From Pirellulales bacterium (GTDB lineage Bacteria; Planctomycetota; Planctomycetia; Pirellulales; Pirellulaceae), in the NCBI GenBank assembly GCA_022451045.1, contig JAKUOW010000003.1, forward strand, positions 6,224 through 70,223: a stretch of DNA of 64,000 nt, in the 5' to 3' direction. A program made the position numbers and the translations under genes. Under the pieces are notes generated by a model that worked only from the letters and a program-made list of their open reading frames with translations, searched no databases and had not been told where the DNA came from. Shown one piece after another: positions 37,922-47,099 of this stretch. The first letter of the stretch is position 1. The number at the start of each line of letters is the position of its first letter.

Positions 37922-39268
37922 TTACTTTCGACGTTGGTCGATGATCTTGGTGGCGACGCCTTCAATGCTGTTTTCACCCAGGGTGACATTGCCAACACCG
38001 TCGTTGATTTTGATGCCAACACGTTTCATCGGATTTCGATTTTCTTGGATGATATTATTTCGAATCAGGGTGTCTTTCGTTTGACCCTGGATTTCGATTG
38101 CAACACCTTCGCCATCACCGCTGTTGACCACGCGGTTGTCTTCAATCACATTTCGGTTTGCCCAAAAATCCTTTCCACGTGCATCGTCCCTGAAAAGGAT
38201 TCCGATGCGTCCACTGTCGATGACGTCGTTTCTCCGCATCACGTTGTCGGTATCACAGTGTCCAATGGAAATACCGTACTGGCTATTGCCTTTGATTTTG
38301 TTATCAACCGCCAGACCATATCGCACGCCCCAGCACCAGAAAATTCCAATGCCGTTGTTTTCAATTGTTGTGTTTTTGATGACGGGTCGTTGTGAGCCGG
38401 AGCCCGGATGCACTCCTAAATCGCCGTTGTCATGACTGTGACATCCATCAACGACTACGTCGTGGCAGATTTGAAAACTCAGCCCATCCCCGTTGTAATT
38501 CCGCATCGTGCAGTTGTTAAATGTGTAGCGGTTGCAGTCTTGCAGGAATACACAGCCCCCATAGTTGCCGTTCATGTTGGCATTGTTCTCTTTGTTACCG
38601 TCAAACGTCAGATTTTCAATCAGCACGTCTTCCGTGTATTCGCTGGTAAATAAAGGAAATAAGGAGGAGACGGTTGGCTTGCCGGTCAGCCAGATGTTTT
38701 TACGTAAGCCATCGTTGAGCTTGAAGCGATTACCACTTCGTGCAACCAGTGTTCGCTTGATCGTTGTTTGACCGCCATTGTGAGGATTCTTAGCCACGAT
38801 GAAGACTCCATCACCAACGCGAAATCCGGAGCGTTTTTCCAGCGTGATCTCCTGGTCGTACCAGTCAGAATCTTCCGAGACATTGACTTGCTCTGATGCT
38901 ATTTTCGTCACGATACTCTCATCGCCACTTCCCTGGATTCGTATTCGGGATGGCAGATGCACAGCATTTCTTAGTGTATAAGTGCCGGGCAGGATTTTCA
39001 CGGTACCGCCGCCAAGTCGTGCTATATAGTCGACAGCTGCCTGAAGAACACGATCGGATGAACCAACGAGGTCTGCCTTCTTTGGGCCAACCGTGATGGT
39101 CATTCGTTCTTCCCAATTCGGTTCGAATCGGTCGTCACCATCTGTCGCGCGAGGATTCGTTACGCTCGGTCGCTCGTCTTCTTTTCCAAAAAGGGGAGAT
39201 GCAATCGTCCCGGTCAACAGTGCTGAAGATGCGAGGAATTGACGCCGTTTGATTTGAGATAAATGCAT
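37922..39268 (-). CDS. Tat-exported right-handed parallel beta-helix protein
   Basis: It has the Tat motif IKRRQFLASSALLTG and beta-helix repeats with HCDTDN/NNGIGIF-type coils. Its stop lies 1 nt from the start of the DUF1553 gene. Confidence 0.75.
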   Translation of the reverse strand: MHLSQIKRRQFLASSALLTGTIASPLFGKEDERPSVTNPRATDGDDRFEPNWEERMTITVGPKKADLVGSSDRVLQAAVDYIARLGGGTVKILPGTYTLRNAVHLPSRIRIQGSGDESIVTKIASEQVNVSEDSDWYDQEITLEKRSGFRVGDGVFIVAKNPHNGGQTTIKRTLVARSGNRFKLNDGLRKNIWLTGKPTVSSLFPLFTSEYTEDVLIENLTFDGNKENNANMNGNYGGCVFLQDCNRYTFNNCTMRNYNGDGLSFQICHDVVVDGCHSHDNGDLGVHPGSGSQRPVIKNTTIENNGIGIFWCWGVRYGLAVDNKIKGNSQYGISIGHCDTDNVMRRNDVIDSGRIGILFRDDARGKDFWANRNVIEDNRVVNSGDGEGVAIEIQGQTKDTLIRNNIIQENRNPMKRVGIKINDGVGNVTLGENSIEGVATKIIDQRRK

Positions 39269-39424
39269 GATGATTTCATCCTTGCTGAACGTGAGAGTCA
39301 ACATAGCAACGCGATGGCAGAGAATGAATCTGCGTGCGTGGCAGTATGTTTATTTTACAGGGCTTTTAACAGCAATGCTCGTTTCAATTGCTGTTGGGAT
39401 CGAGCTTTAGAAATGTAAAGCGGG

Positions 39425-42400
39425 TTAGTTTAAAACCAAACCACAATACCCGACAACTTTTTCGTAGGAGCCTGTAATTTTACCACTGGTGTAATAGCCA
39501 ACTTCCGTGCATTGGTTTAACTCACCGCGATCTAAAAGTGCTTGCATCACAATTACGGCGGGAATCATTCCACACATGGAAATTTGATTTGTCTTTACCG
39601 TGTCGAATAACTGTTCAGGGTTAAGTGAATGCATGGCATCAATCGCTTTTCGATCAAGCGAGTTGTTTACCTCTTGGGTGCCGAAATGATGCATGTCACT
39701 TGAGATGATCAGTAGTGGTTTATTATCCAATGCATTGAGAACTGTATTTAATTCGTTAGCAAAGGTTGTGCATTCCTGAAGCGTTGCATTGCCCATGGCG
39801 ATTCCAACTACCTTGGTCTTTGGTGCTAACTTGGCAAGCAGAATCAACTCCATTTCAATACAGTGTTCCGACGCGTGAGCCCCAGCATCGAATTCCAATC
39901 CGGAGATGCCATCTACTAACTGAGTTGCCAAGCCCGTATCGGACTGCAATTCACATCCCGGCAAACTCCAACTGCTACATGGCGAAACGGCCCATGGCAA
40001 ACCGACCCGCGTGTGTTTTGGCCCAATGATGATTACAGTCTCTGGAATGTCAACTTGCCCTAATACATCGGCAGCAAGTTGTCCTGAGTAAATCAAGCCA
40101 GCGTGAGGCACCATGACAGCAGAAGCGGTAACTTTTGTATCCGGTGCATCTTGGATTAAGTCCTCCACCACTCTATCAAGTTCCTCTTTTGTGCCTGGAT
40201 AAAAGGCACCCGCAACAGCGGGAGGTCTTGGGCCCTCAAAAGATCTGGCCTTGGGAATGCGTGTGTAGTGGAGTCTTTCGGTTGTGCTGTTCACCGCAAA
40301 ACTAATTAATTGGGCATGCTCGATACTTGTCGAGGGTAACTTGCTGCGGATGGTGTCAATTAGTGACTTGATGTCGCTGGAACTATCGTATGCGGCGATG
40401 AGCACATTCTCATCCATGGCGACAAGCATCCGGGTGGTTGTGTCCAGCGACAAATCGCTTACGTCGGACAGTCGACCGTGTATGGCCGGATCATCGAGAA
40501 GGGCGAGGCTTGGTGTTGAAGTTGATACAAAATCACTTGCACCAGTATGGGACTGTGACAATTGGCCGGCCAGGTTTTGTGCGTTTTGCAGGAGCGTGGA
40601 ATGGAGTGGCACTGTCTTGTTCATTGCGAACTGCATTACGCCAATGGTCGATCCATCCTCGTGTGTTAGTTGGTAAAGCAGGCCTTTTACATTTCCATCG
40701 GGGATACCGGGCATCACATAACTTGGTGTGGCACCCGTCAACATTGCATCGATATTCTGATGAGTCATCAGGGCAAGCTGTCGGAGTGACTGGTTGTTTA
40801 TAAAGCTGCACGCTTGTTGAGATGGCAGTTGGGTAAGGTACGCATTTGGCATTGGGCCTTCTGTGACGATCGTTTCAAAGGTTTCCAATGAGGCATCATC
40901 TGATTGCCAGGCGTCAATTGGTATGCCTGCTTTTCGACAGACCATTTCCAGAAATGCACGTTCGTCGGCGTGGTGTTCAACAGCCACCACCGGTAACAAG
41001 AGACCACGCTTACCAGACTGCTCGATGATCAAGCCGTGCTTGCCAATTTCAATATGTTCGTGTCTCTCTTGTGCATTGCAGGTCACCGGCTGGATGTTGT
41101 GAAGTAGTGACACATCGACATCAAGTTCAGGCAATTCAGAGGGTGAAACCGGTGGAAATCGCGGATCACTGGTCGCAGTCCTTCGCGCGGATTGATCGAG
41201 AGCGTGGATTAGCTTCATGGGTTGCCCTAGTACACCACAGCAGCTTCTTAGAGTTCCGTTTTTCTTGAGCGTGACAAATGCCCCCATCACCATCTCTTTG
41301 TCTGCTCCTTCAAGAGCAGCGACACTTCTCGTCTCCTTGCTTGCACACACTTCATCGCAGACTACCTGACATGCGAGTGCATGAATCGCCTGTTCCTGAC
41401 TCGAGCTCAATTCGATTGCAGCGGTGTTTTCCATTTTCTGGGACTCGGAAGGAGGTGGAGTTTGCTCTTGTGCGTTTTGCGGTAGCTCTAGCGTAACAAA
41501 ATCACGGATTTTTATTGGCTGTCGCCCGGCTCCCCATGTACCTGGCTGTGGAGCAAAACAGCCGGGTATCTCTGAACTACATTTGCTACAGGCATTGAGA
41601 TTGAGATTGTATACGCCCAATTTGTACCAATCGCGCTCAATTAGTAACTCCCCGCACGATGCGCAAAATGTACTTTGGTGTTTCACATCATGTACGTTTC
41701 CTACATAGGGATATTTGATTCCTTGACGACGTGCGACTTCGTAAGCCCTGAGAAGCGTCTCATGTGACGTTCTTGGCCGGTCTTGCATTTTGAAGTCTGG
41801 ATGAAAGGCCGTGAAATGAACTGGTACTTCGTCACCGCAATGTTCCAGGATCCAGTCGCAAAGCTCTCGTAGCTCCTCGGTACTGTCATTGGCGTCGGGG
41901 ATCACGAGATTAGTGATTTCAAACCATGTTTGCTGGAATTCGCTGAGCCACTTTAGTGTTTCCAGCACAGGCTTGATGTGTGAGTACGTGAGGTTGAAGT
42001 AAAACTCTTCGGTGAAAGCCTTTAGGTCGATGTTTGCCGCGCTCATGTGAGAGAAAAATTCTTCACGAGGCTCATCGGAAATGTACCCCGCGGTAACCGC
42101 AATGGTCTCGATATCGCGCTGATGGCATTCGATGGCGGTATCAATTGCATACTCTGCCCAAATCACCGGGTCGTTATATGTGAATGCAACACTTTTGCAT
42201 TGGTGGTGTTGGGCAGCTGTGGCAATGGCCTCCGGCATCGCGACTTCACTGAGTCGCTGCACTTCACGGGATTTGGAAATATCCCAATTCTGACAGAATT
42301 TACACCCAAGATTACAACCGGCTGTCCCAAAGCTGAGCACACTGGTACCAGGGTAGAAGTGATTCAACGGCTTCTTTTCGATTGGATCGATACAAAAACC

Positions 42401-42610
42401 AGTGCTACGACCATATGTCGTTAGCATCATTTCGCCATTGATGTTTTGGCGAACAAAACAGAATCCGCGGTCACCCTCCTTTAGATTGCACTCTCTTGGG
42501 CATAATTCGCATAAGATGCGTCCCTTCTCGGCATCACGCCACCAACCACCACTTAAGTGTCCATCACTCGTTGGAGTTGATGGCGGAGGTGTTGTGATAA
42601 TTCGTTGCAT
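39425..42610 (-). CDS. AmmeMemoRadiSam triple fusion: radical SAM enzyme + AMMECR1 domain + unassigned domain + Memo-like domain
   Basis: - Radical SAM: CNLGCKFC (CX3CX2C) at aa 99-106 (42293-42316), with flanks typical of the PflA-like AmmeMemoRadiSam radical SAM enzyme.
- AMMECR1 (about aa 405-585): GAFVTLKKNGTLRSCCG, DPRFPP, GKHGLII, RGLLLP.
- Memo (about aa 796-1061): AGAFYPG, VPHAGLIYSG, GPKH, SSDMHH, SMCG. Confidence 0.85.
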   Translation of the reverse strand: MQRIITTPPPSTPTSDGHLSGGWWRDAEKGRILCELCPRECNLKEGDRGFCFVRQNINGEMMLTTYGRSTGFCIDPIEKKPLNHFYPGTSVLSFGTAGCNLGCKFCQNWDISKSREVQRLSEVAMPEAIATAAQHHQCKSVAFTYNDPVIWAEYAIDTAIECHQRDIETIAVTAGYISDEPREEFFSHMSAANIDLKAFTEEFYFNLTYSHIKPVLETLKWLSEFQQTWFEITNLVIPDANDSTEELRELCDWILEHCGDEVPVHFTAFHPDFKMQDRPRTSHETLLRAYEVARRQGIKYPYVGNVHDVKHQSTFCASCGELLIERDWYKLGVYNLNLNACSKCSSEIPGCFAPQPGTWGAGRQPIKIRDFVTLELPQNAQEQTPPPSESQKMENTAAIELSSSQEQAIHALACQVVCDEVCASKETRSVAALEGADKEMVMGAFVTLKKNGTLRSCCGVLGQPMKLIHALDQSARRTATSDPRFPPVSPSELPELDVDVSLLHNIQPVTCNAQERHEHIEIGKHGLIIEQSGKRGLLLPVVAVEHHADERAFLEMVCRKAGIPIDAWQSDDASLETFETIVTEGPMPNAYLTQLPSQQACSFINNQSLRQLALMTHQNIDAMLTGATPSYVMPGIPDGNVKGLLYQLTHEDGSTIGVMQFAMNKTVPLHSTLLQNAQNLAGQLSQSHTGASDFVSTSTPSLALLDDPAIHGRLSDVSDLSLDTTTRMLVAMDENVLIAAYDSSSDIKSLIDTIRSKLPSTSIEHAQLISFAVNSTTERLHYTRIPKARSFEGPRPPAVAGAFYPGTKEELDRVVEDLIQDAPDTKVTASAVMVPHAGLIYSGQLAADVLGQVDIPETVIIIGPKHTRVGLPWAVSPCSSWSLPGCELQSDTGLATQLVDGISGLEFDAGAHASEHCIEMELILLAKLAPKTKVVGIAMGNATLQECTTFANELNTVLNALDNKPLLIISSDMHHFGTQEVNNSLDRKAIDAMHSLNPEQLFDTVKTNQISMCGMIPAVIVMQALLDRGELNQCTEVGYYTSGKITGSYEKVVGYCGLVLN

Positions 42611-42826
42611 TTAATAGTAATCCTGTACGGGAATCCAACCGCTAATAGCGACGACATCTGAATTTGAACTGATCGAATCGCGATAACGTATGGGATGATA
42701 ATCAGGGTGTTTTAGCTGAGAGTTCATCGTATAAAATAGACGAATTACGATGTTAGAATCCATGGTTGTCTGTGAAAGTCAGCAATCAGTTTGATGTTTT
42801 GAGTTGATCACGCTAGGAGAATACTC

Positions 42827-44335
42827 ATGGCAAAGTCACAAAATCGCACACTTTTCGGTTTCTTGTTTTTCTGTGCCATCGTTACCGGTACTGTAATTAG
42901 CATTTCATTTCCCCAGTTATTTACGGACTGGGCATATGCTCAACAGCGTGACGTGGCAGTAGATGCTCAAAGAGAAATTGCATCTGCAAAGGATCTCTCC
43001 TCAGCATTTAAAGCTGTGGCCAAGCGCATGCGCCCATCAGTCGTGAGTATCACCAGTAAATTTGAACGCAGGACGTCGAATCAAAACCCGTTTGGTGGGC
43101 AGCAGATCCCAGAACGATTTCGTGACTTTTTCAACGACGAATTCTTTGGGCGTCTTCCTCAGTCTCCAGGTCAACGACCTCAACCAGAAGGTGTGGGAAG
43201 TGGTACTGGATTCATCGTCAGTGGTGACGGCTACATATTGACTAATAATCATGTAGTCAGTGGTGCGACATCGATTACCGTCACTCTTTCTACATCCAGG
43301 GAATTAGAGGCACAGGTTGTTGGAAGTGATAAGGCGACGGATCTGGCAGTCTTGAAAGTACCAGCCGGTGATTTGTTGCCAGCGAAATTAGGTAGCTCGG
43401 ATGCCATGGAGGTTGGTGATTGGGTGCTCGCAATTGGAAGCCCCTTTGGTCTGGACCAGACGGTTACCGCAGGCATCATTAGTGCCAAAGGCCGTAGTCG
43501 TGTTGGTATCACTGACTATGAAGATTTCATCCAAACGGATGCTGCCATCAACCCTGGCAATAGTGGTGGGCCTCTTGTAAACCTCAACGGTGAGGTGATT
43601 GGGATCAACACTGCAATTGCATCGAAGACCGGCTCGTATATGGGTATTGGATTTTCCATACCGAGCGATATGGCGAAATTCATTAAAGACAGCATCATCA
43701 AGAGTGGAACAGTTGAGCGAGGATATCTGGGTGTGTTAATCCAGGATCTTGACGAGAATCTGGCTGATTCATTCGGCTACTCCAGCACCGAAGGTGCACT
43801 TGTTGGGCAGGTTGTTGAGAGTGGTCCCGGGGCTATGGCTGGTCTGAAGGAAGGCGATATTATCACTCATTTGGGTGATACCAAAATCCTCACGATGCCT
43901 CAGCTCAGAAACACGGTTGCAGCAACTGTGCCAGGTACGGAATTGCAGTTAAAGGTGTTCCGTGATGGCAAGACGATAGATGTTGTCGTTACCGTTGGTA
44001 AGCTCGACACAGAGGCTGTTGCAGCATCGACTCAGGCGGATAATACAACAGATGAAGTTCTTGGAATCAGCGTTGAGTCTCTCACACCTGACAAATCCAA
44101 GATGCTCGGGTATAGTGCAGACCTTAAAGGCGTACTTGTTGCCGATGTGAAACAACGCAGTTTAGCTTCGCAGGTTGGCGTCCAGCCTGGTGATATTATC
44201 CTTCAAGTTGGCAATACGAAGGTAAAAACAGCTGATGAATTCACCAAGGTGATGAGCGAGAGTGATGTAAAGCAAGGTATTCGTATTCACATACTGCGTG
44301 GTGGAGTAACTAGGTTCATCTTTATTCGAACCTAA
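42827..44335 (+). CDS. Do/DegP/HtrA-family periplasmic serine protease with two PDZ domains
   Basis: The catalytic triad context is TNNHVV, DLAVLK and GNSGGPLVN, followed by two PDZ-like segments and preceded by an N-terminal signal/TM. Confidence 0.9.
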   Translation: MAKSQNRTLFGFLFFCAIVTGTVISISFPQLFTDWAYAQQRDVAVDAQREIASAKDLSSAFKAVAKRMRPSVVSITSKFERRTSNQNPFGGQQIPERFRDFFNDEFFGRLPQSPGQRPQPEGVGSGTGFIVSGDGYILTNNHVVSGATSITVTLSTSRELEAQVVGSDKATDLAVLKVPAGDLLPAKLGSSDAMEVGDWVLAIGSPFGLDQTVTAGIISAKGRSRVGITDYEDFIQTDAAINPGNSGGPLVNLNGEVIGINTAIASKTGSYMGIGFSIPSDMAKFIKDSIIKSGTVERGYLGVLIQDLDENLADSFGYSSTEGALVGQVVESGPGAMAGLKEGDIITHLGDTKILTMPQLRNTVAATVPGTELQLKVFRDGKTIDVVVTVGKLDTEAVAASTQADNTTDEVLGISVESLTPDKSKMLGYSADLKGVLVADVKQRSLASQVGVQPGDIILQVGNTKVKTADEFTKVMSESDVKQGIRIHILRGGVTRFIFIRT

Positions 44336-44386
44336 TCTCTAAATGCCATTCAGCCGAATACGATTACGGCAACTATAGGAATCGTA

Positions 44387-45226
44387 ATGGAGTACACTGT
44401 CTGGCACTATGCTTGCCTGGCGACGACGCTATTCGGCAGTAGCTTACTTCAAGCTGTGGTCGGATTCGGTGCAGGTGTGTTTGGCATCCCGATATTGATG
44501 CTTTGCGGATTCGATGCACACGTGGCAATTATCGCTGTCAGCGTGGGTTCCATGTGCCAGGCAATGATGGGATCGATGAGCCTCAAGGGTGACATCGAAT
44601 GGCATCGAGCATTTAGGCCAGCTATTTTTCGCCTGATTTGGATGCCACTGGGTGGCTATTGCCTCTGGCTCGTCGGTAACATGGGTCAACAACAAGTGCG
44701 TCAAGCGATCGGCATTGTCTTGTTGCTGATCGTATTTGTACGTGTACGGGTTAAAGTCATACCGACGGAAGAACTCCACATCAAATGGGAGTATATTGCT
44801 TTCTCGATTAGCGGCGTTTTGTTGGGATTCTGTGGAATGGGTGGACCAGCAGTTGCACTCTGGGTCATGGCGCAACCTTGGAATCCCAGAAAGTCCCGGG
44901 CATTTCTGTTTGCCATAATGTTTCTGGGAATGATTCCGCTTTTTATCCAGTTCTATGTCATGTACCCGGATGATGCGCTCTATGCAATGTTGCTCGGACT
45001 GGCGACATTTCCCACTGTATTAATAGGTGGTGTCGTGGGGATGAAAGTCGGGAATAAACTTGAGCGAGATCGATTGCAAAAATATACGCTGGTCCTGCTC
45101 ACTGTGATCGGTATAAGTGCATTGCTTTCACCCTACTTGCGACCTGCCTCAGAAGGTGCTGCTAAGCCTTCTGTTGAAGACGCAGCAGAGCATCAGGTAA
45201 TTCCTGGATTGCCGAATAAGTGTTGA
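44387..45226 (+). CDS. TauE/SafE-family (sulfite exporter-like) membrane protein
   Basis: 279 aa, multi-pass, with GFGAGVFGIPIL / GMGGPAVALW repeats typical of the family. Confidence 0.6.
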   Translation: MEYTVWHYACLATTLFGSSLLQAVVGFGAGVFGIPILMLCGFDAHVAIIAVSVGSMCQAMMGSMSLKGDIEWHRAFRPAIFRLIWMPLGGYCLWLVGNMGQQQVRQAIGIVLLLIVFVRVRVKVIPTEELHIKWEYIAFSISGVLLGFCGMGGPAVALWVMAQPWNPRKSRAFLFAIMFLGMIPLFIQFYVMYPDDALYAMLLGLATFPTVLIGGVVGMKVGNKLERDRLQKYTLVLLTVIGISALLSPYLRPASEGAAKPSVEDAAEHQVIPGLPNKC

Positions 45227-45268
45227 GCGATTGGTACTGAAACGTGAGTTTTGTTCCGCGATGAATGA

Positions 45269-46117
45269 CTAGATATCCAGCCGGTAGAAGTCGATGGCAG
45301 TGCCACCAAAGAGCCGGTCCATTTCGGAGTCGCTGAGTGGACCGATGACCTGACAAAGAGCATCGTAAACTTGATCATATGTTCCAGCCAGTTCGCAGAC
45401 TGGCCAGTCTGAGCCAAACATACATCGTTCGACTCCAAAGGCCTCGAGTGCCACTTCAACGTATGGCTTTAAGTCTGAAGGCCTCCAATGTTGCCAATCT
45501 GCTTCTGTGATCATGCCAGATAGTTTGCAATACACATGCTCGTGTTTTGCTGCATCCTGGATGTGCTGTGTCCAGTTGTCCATTCTTCCAGCTTTAATTT
45601 CCGGCTTGGAAATATGATCAATCACGAGAGGCAGGTTCGGTAATAAACTTGCTACAGTCTTCGCATGATGCACGTGTTGGACATAAAAGAGCAGATCGAA
45701 AGGGATGTTATGTTTTTCCAGTACCTTTAGCCCCGTAATGATCTCATCTCGAACGATGAAATCTACATCCGGTTCATCCTGCGTAATGTGCCTGATTCCG
45801 ACGAACTTCGGATCGTCAACAAATTGTGCCAATTGTTCTTCGCAAACATCGCTTGCTAAATCTACCCAGCCGACGACACCAGCAATAAATGGATTTTTAT
45901 TTGCCAACTCCAATGCCCATGTGTTTTCACGTATATCATGTTGCGTTTGCACAAAGACGGTCTTGTCGATTCCAACCTGAGATATACGAGACACGAGATC
46001 ACTGGGCATGAATGACCGATTGATGGCCTCATTTCCTTCAGCGCCTAGCCAGCCGTATTCGAATTCAGTTCTGTTTAAATCCCAGAAATGTTGATGAGCG
46101 TCGACGCGTATGGTCAT
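45269..46117 (-). CDS. amidohydrolase-2 family lactonase (L-fucono-1,5-lactonase-like, COG3618)
   Basis: It has the N-terminal metal motif RVDAHQHFWDL and a typical length of 282 aa. Confidence 0.7.
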   Translation of the reverse strand: MTIRVDAHQHFWDLNRTEFEYGWLGAEGNEAINRSFMPSDLVSRISQVGIDKTVFVQTQHDIRENTWALELANKNPFIAGVVGWVDLASDVCEEQLAQFVDDPKFVGIRHITQDEPDVDFIVRDEIITGLKVLEKHNIPFDLLFYVQHVHHAKTVASLLPNLPLVIDHISKPEIKAGRMDNWTQHIQDAAKHEHVYCKLSGMITEADWQHWRPSDLKPYVEVALEAFGVERCMFGSDWPVCELAGTYDQVYDALCQVIGPLSDSEMDRLFGGTAIDFYRLDI

Positions 46118-46126
46118 TAGGTTTAC

Positions 46127-47071
46127 CTATATGATCGGAGTGTCGTTATTCTCTTCCCGACCCTCGATATAAAACCAGTTGTGAATGGGCTTTAGGATTT
46201 CTTGAACTTCCGATACCAACTGGGTATCGAGGGGGTCGTTAATCCAGTCAGCCCATTGGCGAATTCGCCCGGGATTGGCAGAACCAGTCACGCAAGTTGT
46301 CATGTCTGGATTTGCAATCGAGTATTGCAAGGCTAGTTGTGCGATATCAATGCCTGCCTGGCTACAGTGGTCAGCGGCTTGCTTGCAGATGTTACGGACC
46401 TGATCGGTTGCTTTGTGCCATGGAGGGAGACCCGCATTAGTGAGCAGACGAGCTGAAAACGGTGCCGCGTTTAGGATACCGACTCCCTTTTCCTTCAGAT
46501 ACGGAGCAAGATCGCCAAACATGGTGTTTTGAAGAGTGTAGTGATTGTAAGAAAGTACAACATCAAGATCTGTTTGATCCAGGACAAACTTAAAGATCTT
46601 CATCGGATATCCGGACAGGCCGATGTAGCGAACTTTTCCTTGCTGCTGAATTTCACGCAGTGCAGGGATTGTCTCATCAACCACCTGTTGCATCTCAACA
46701 AACTCGATGTCGTGGCACAGGATAATATCTAGATAGTCCGTGCCAAGGCGGTGTAGTGATACATCGACGCTTTCGCGCACTCTCTTAGCAGAGAATTCAA
46801 AATGCGATTCATGGTACCGTCCGAGTTTAGTTCCCAGATAGTATTGGTCACGCGGGATGCCCTTCAGCGCGATTCCCAACAGTACTTCTCCGATTCCTCG
46901 TCCGTAATACGGAGAGGTGTCGATGAAATTCATGCCGCAATCAAGTGCAGTTGGGACGGATTGAAGTGCATCCTGTAAATCGACAGGTACAAACTCTGAC
47001 CCAAGTGATGAGGCTCCAAAACTAATGACCGACAGTTGCATGTCGGTATTTCCAAGCTGTCTGAATTCCAT
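46127..47071 (-). CDS. aldo/keto reductase (aldose 1-dehydrogenase-like)
   Basis: It shows the AKR pattern GASSLG...IDTSPYYG...LGTKLGR...HD. Confidence 0.75.
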   Translation of the reverse strand: MEFRQLGNTDMQLSVISFGASSLGSEFVPVDLQDALQSVPTALDCGMNFIDTSPYYGRGIGEVLLGIALKGIPRDQYYLGTKLGRYHESHFEFSAKRVRESVDVSLHRLGTDYLDIILCHDIEFVEMQQVVDETIPALREIQQQGKVRYIGLSGYPMKIFKFVLDQTDLDVVLSYNHYTLQNTMFGDLAPYLKEKGVGILNAAPFSARLLTNAGLPPWHKATDQVRNICKQAADHCSQAGIDIAQLALQYSIANPDMTTCVTGSANPGRIRQWADWINDPLDTQLVSEVQEILKPIHNWFYIEGREENNDTPII

Positions 47072-47099
47072 CAGAGATCCTCTGATCTACGGGTGCTTG

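Noticed and set aside
37921-38022. N-terminal extension of the DUF1553 ORF (MLASKSTTVLAMSPW...)
   Set aside because: It overlaps the 3' end of the beta-helix gene. A canonical signal peptide starts at ATG 37920.
37802-38395. 197-aa plus-strand ORF, together with similar long antisense ORFs at 15418-15870, 18165-18620, 8785-9234, 44444-44875, 50176-50613 and 40284-40676
   Set aside because: All lie entirely antisense to, or in alternative frames within, genes with strong family signatures (beta-helix, DUF1501, WD40, TauE, ADH, AmmeMemoRadiSam fusion). Their sequences are Ser/Arg/Cys-rich or low in information. I take them to be spurious overlapping ORFs.
39368-39395. 9-bp-stem hairpin AACAGCAAT...ATTGCTGTT after the AmmeMemoRadiSam fusion gene as a terminator
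   Set aside because: No U-tract follows the stem on the transcribed (minus) strand. It may still pause or stabilise RNA, but I cannot call it a terminator.
39425-42610. The radical SAM domain as an anaerobic sulfatase-maturating enzyme for the Cys-type sulfatase at 55506-57227
   Set aside because: The domain is fused to AMMECR1 and Memo, and I saw no SPASM-type auxiliary Cys cluster. The sequence pattern fits the AmmeMemoRadiSam radical SAM family rather than anSME.
42761-42774. CATGGTTGTCTGTG upstream of the HtrA-like gene as a further copy of the palindrome family
   Set aside because: It is one nucleotide short, the left half does not align and there is no adjacent GG-N10-GC element. It is too degenerate to call.
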